Under the pieces are notes generated by a model. That model saw nothing but the letters and a program-made list of their open reading frames with translations. It was not told where the DNA came from and made no database searches. The position numbers were made by a program, and so were the translations under genes. From Octopus sinensis (lineage: Eukaryota), in NCBI RefSeq assembly GCF_006345805.1, contig NC_043020.1, positions 2,542,001-2,606,000 of the forward strand: a stretch of DNA of 64,000 nucleotides. Direction: 5' to 3'. Shown here piece by piece: positions 63,194 through 64,000 of this stretch; the first letter of the stretch is position 1, and each line of letters starts with the position of its first letter.

Positions 63194-63922
63194 TTATCTA
63201 ATTAGATAAGTGTGTCACACATAATGTGGAGTACTGAATGATTTTGAAACTACTAGTAACATGAACTGTCTCTTATATGCTTGTAAAAAAATAAAAATTA
63301 ACTCTATATTCATTATATTGAGTACTCTTCTCTTTTTCTTGCCTTGATCACAAGTTCTCTCTCTCTCTCTTTCTATATATATATATATACACACACATAC
63401 ATACATACACATGTATGTGTCTGTGTGTGCACCAGCAATATTATGGATACAACCATCATTTTGGGTGCTGAAACCAACACAAAAAGTTAAGCAGAATACC
63501 CATAAAATATTTGAATTATTATATTAGGCAGTGTCAAATGAATAGTAACGTACAATCTTAAACCATCATAAAAATTTCTGAGGAAAAGGAAAAAGTACAG
63601 CAACAAAATAAACATGTTATGTTTAACATGGATAAAAATTTAGTTGATGGAAACTGCCGAATTTTTTTATGCCTTTTACCATAACATTTCACTTAGATCC
63701 GTTGATGGTGAAAAAGATGGGTTCCACTATATACCGACCTGAGAAGCTAATAATATATTATATAATATACTTATTTTATATGGATATTAAAAAATTCTTA
63801 TAAGAGAAAATATATATAATATGTATACATGTGTATAAAATATAATCAAAAAAATTTGTACACAATCTTTATATACAATCTTTGTGCACAGTTATTTTTA
63901 TAAAAAATATGTTACCAAATAT

Positions 63923-63966
<44 letters not shown>

Positions 63967-64000
63967 CGATACATTGATATGACAAAATATATATATATAG

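Noticed and set aside
62922-63209. Recurrent ORFs such as MLGGQTQT...RQASFSF.LPNPLTR and MLAWVGRF...
   Set aside because: They recur only because they translate SINE families A and C; not genes.

Overview
AT-rich eukaryotic DNA saturated with microsatellites and SINEs, most consistent with an octopus/cephalopod genome (inferred from the repeat families and the gene; not verified). The only well-supported protein-coding gene is a + strand DEG/ENaC channel closely resembling molluscan FMRFamide-gated Na+ channels (FaNaC). Its whole 628-aa CDS (32802-34688) lies in one exon that starts at a clean branch point/polypyrimidine/AG acceptor at 32782. The rest is mostly several tRNA-derived or LINE-tailed SINE families, a CR1 3' fragment, piggyBac/Tc1-mariner/hAT MITEs, a Helitron end, Penelope-like LTR fragments, complex minisatellites and huge (TA/CA/ATT)n tracts that generate almost all other listed ORFs. 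Leading candidates for something new: (1) a 121-nt upstream exon (4530-4650) with recursive-splice (RS-exon) architecture, 28 kb before the FaNaC exon; (2) a set of minimal hammerhead-ribozyme motifs in Penelope-like repeats, one nearly intact (17405-17439); (3) a CRISPR-looking but eukaryotic ~30-unit minisatellite built on an E-box core, plus a satellite of alternating inverted 20-mers; (4) a glycosylated, Pro-rich insertion in the FaNaC knuckle region; (5) long fold-back hairpins that could be ADAR or Dicer substrates. All of these are sequence-level predictions and need RNA data or computation to confirm.
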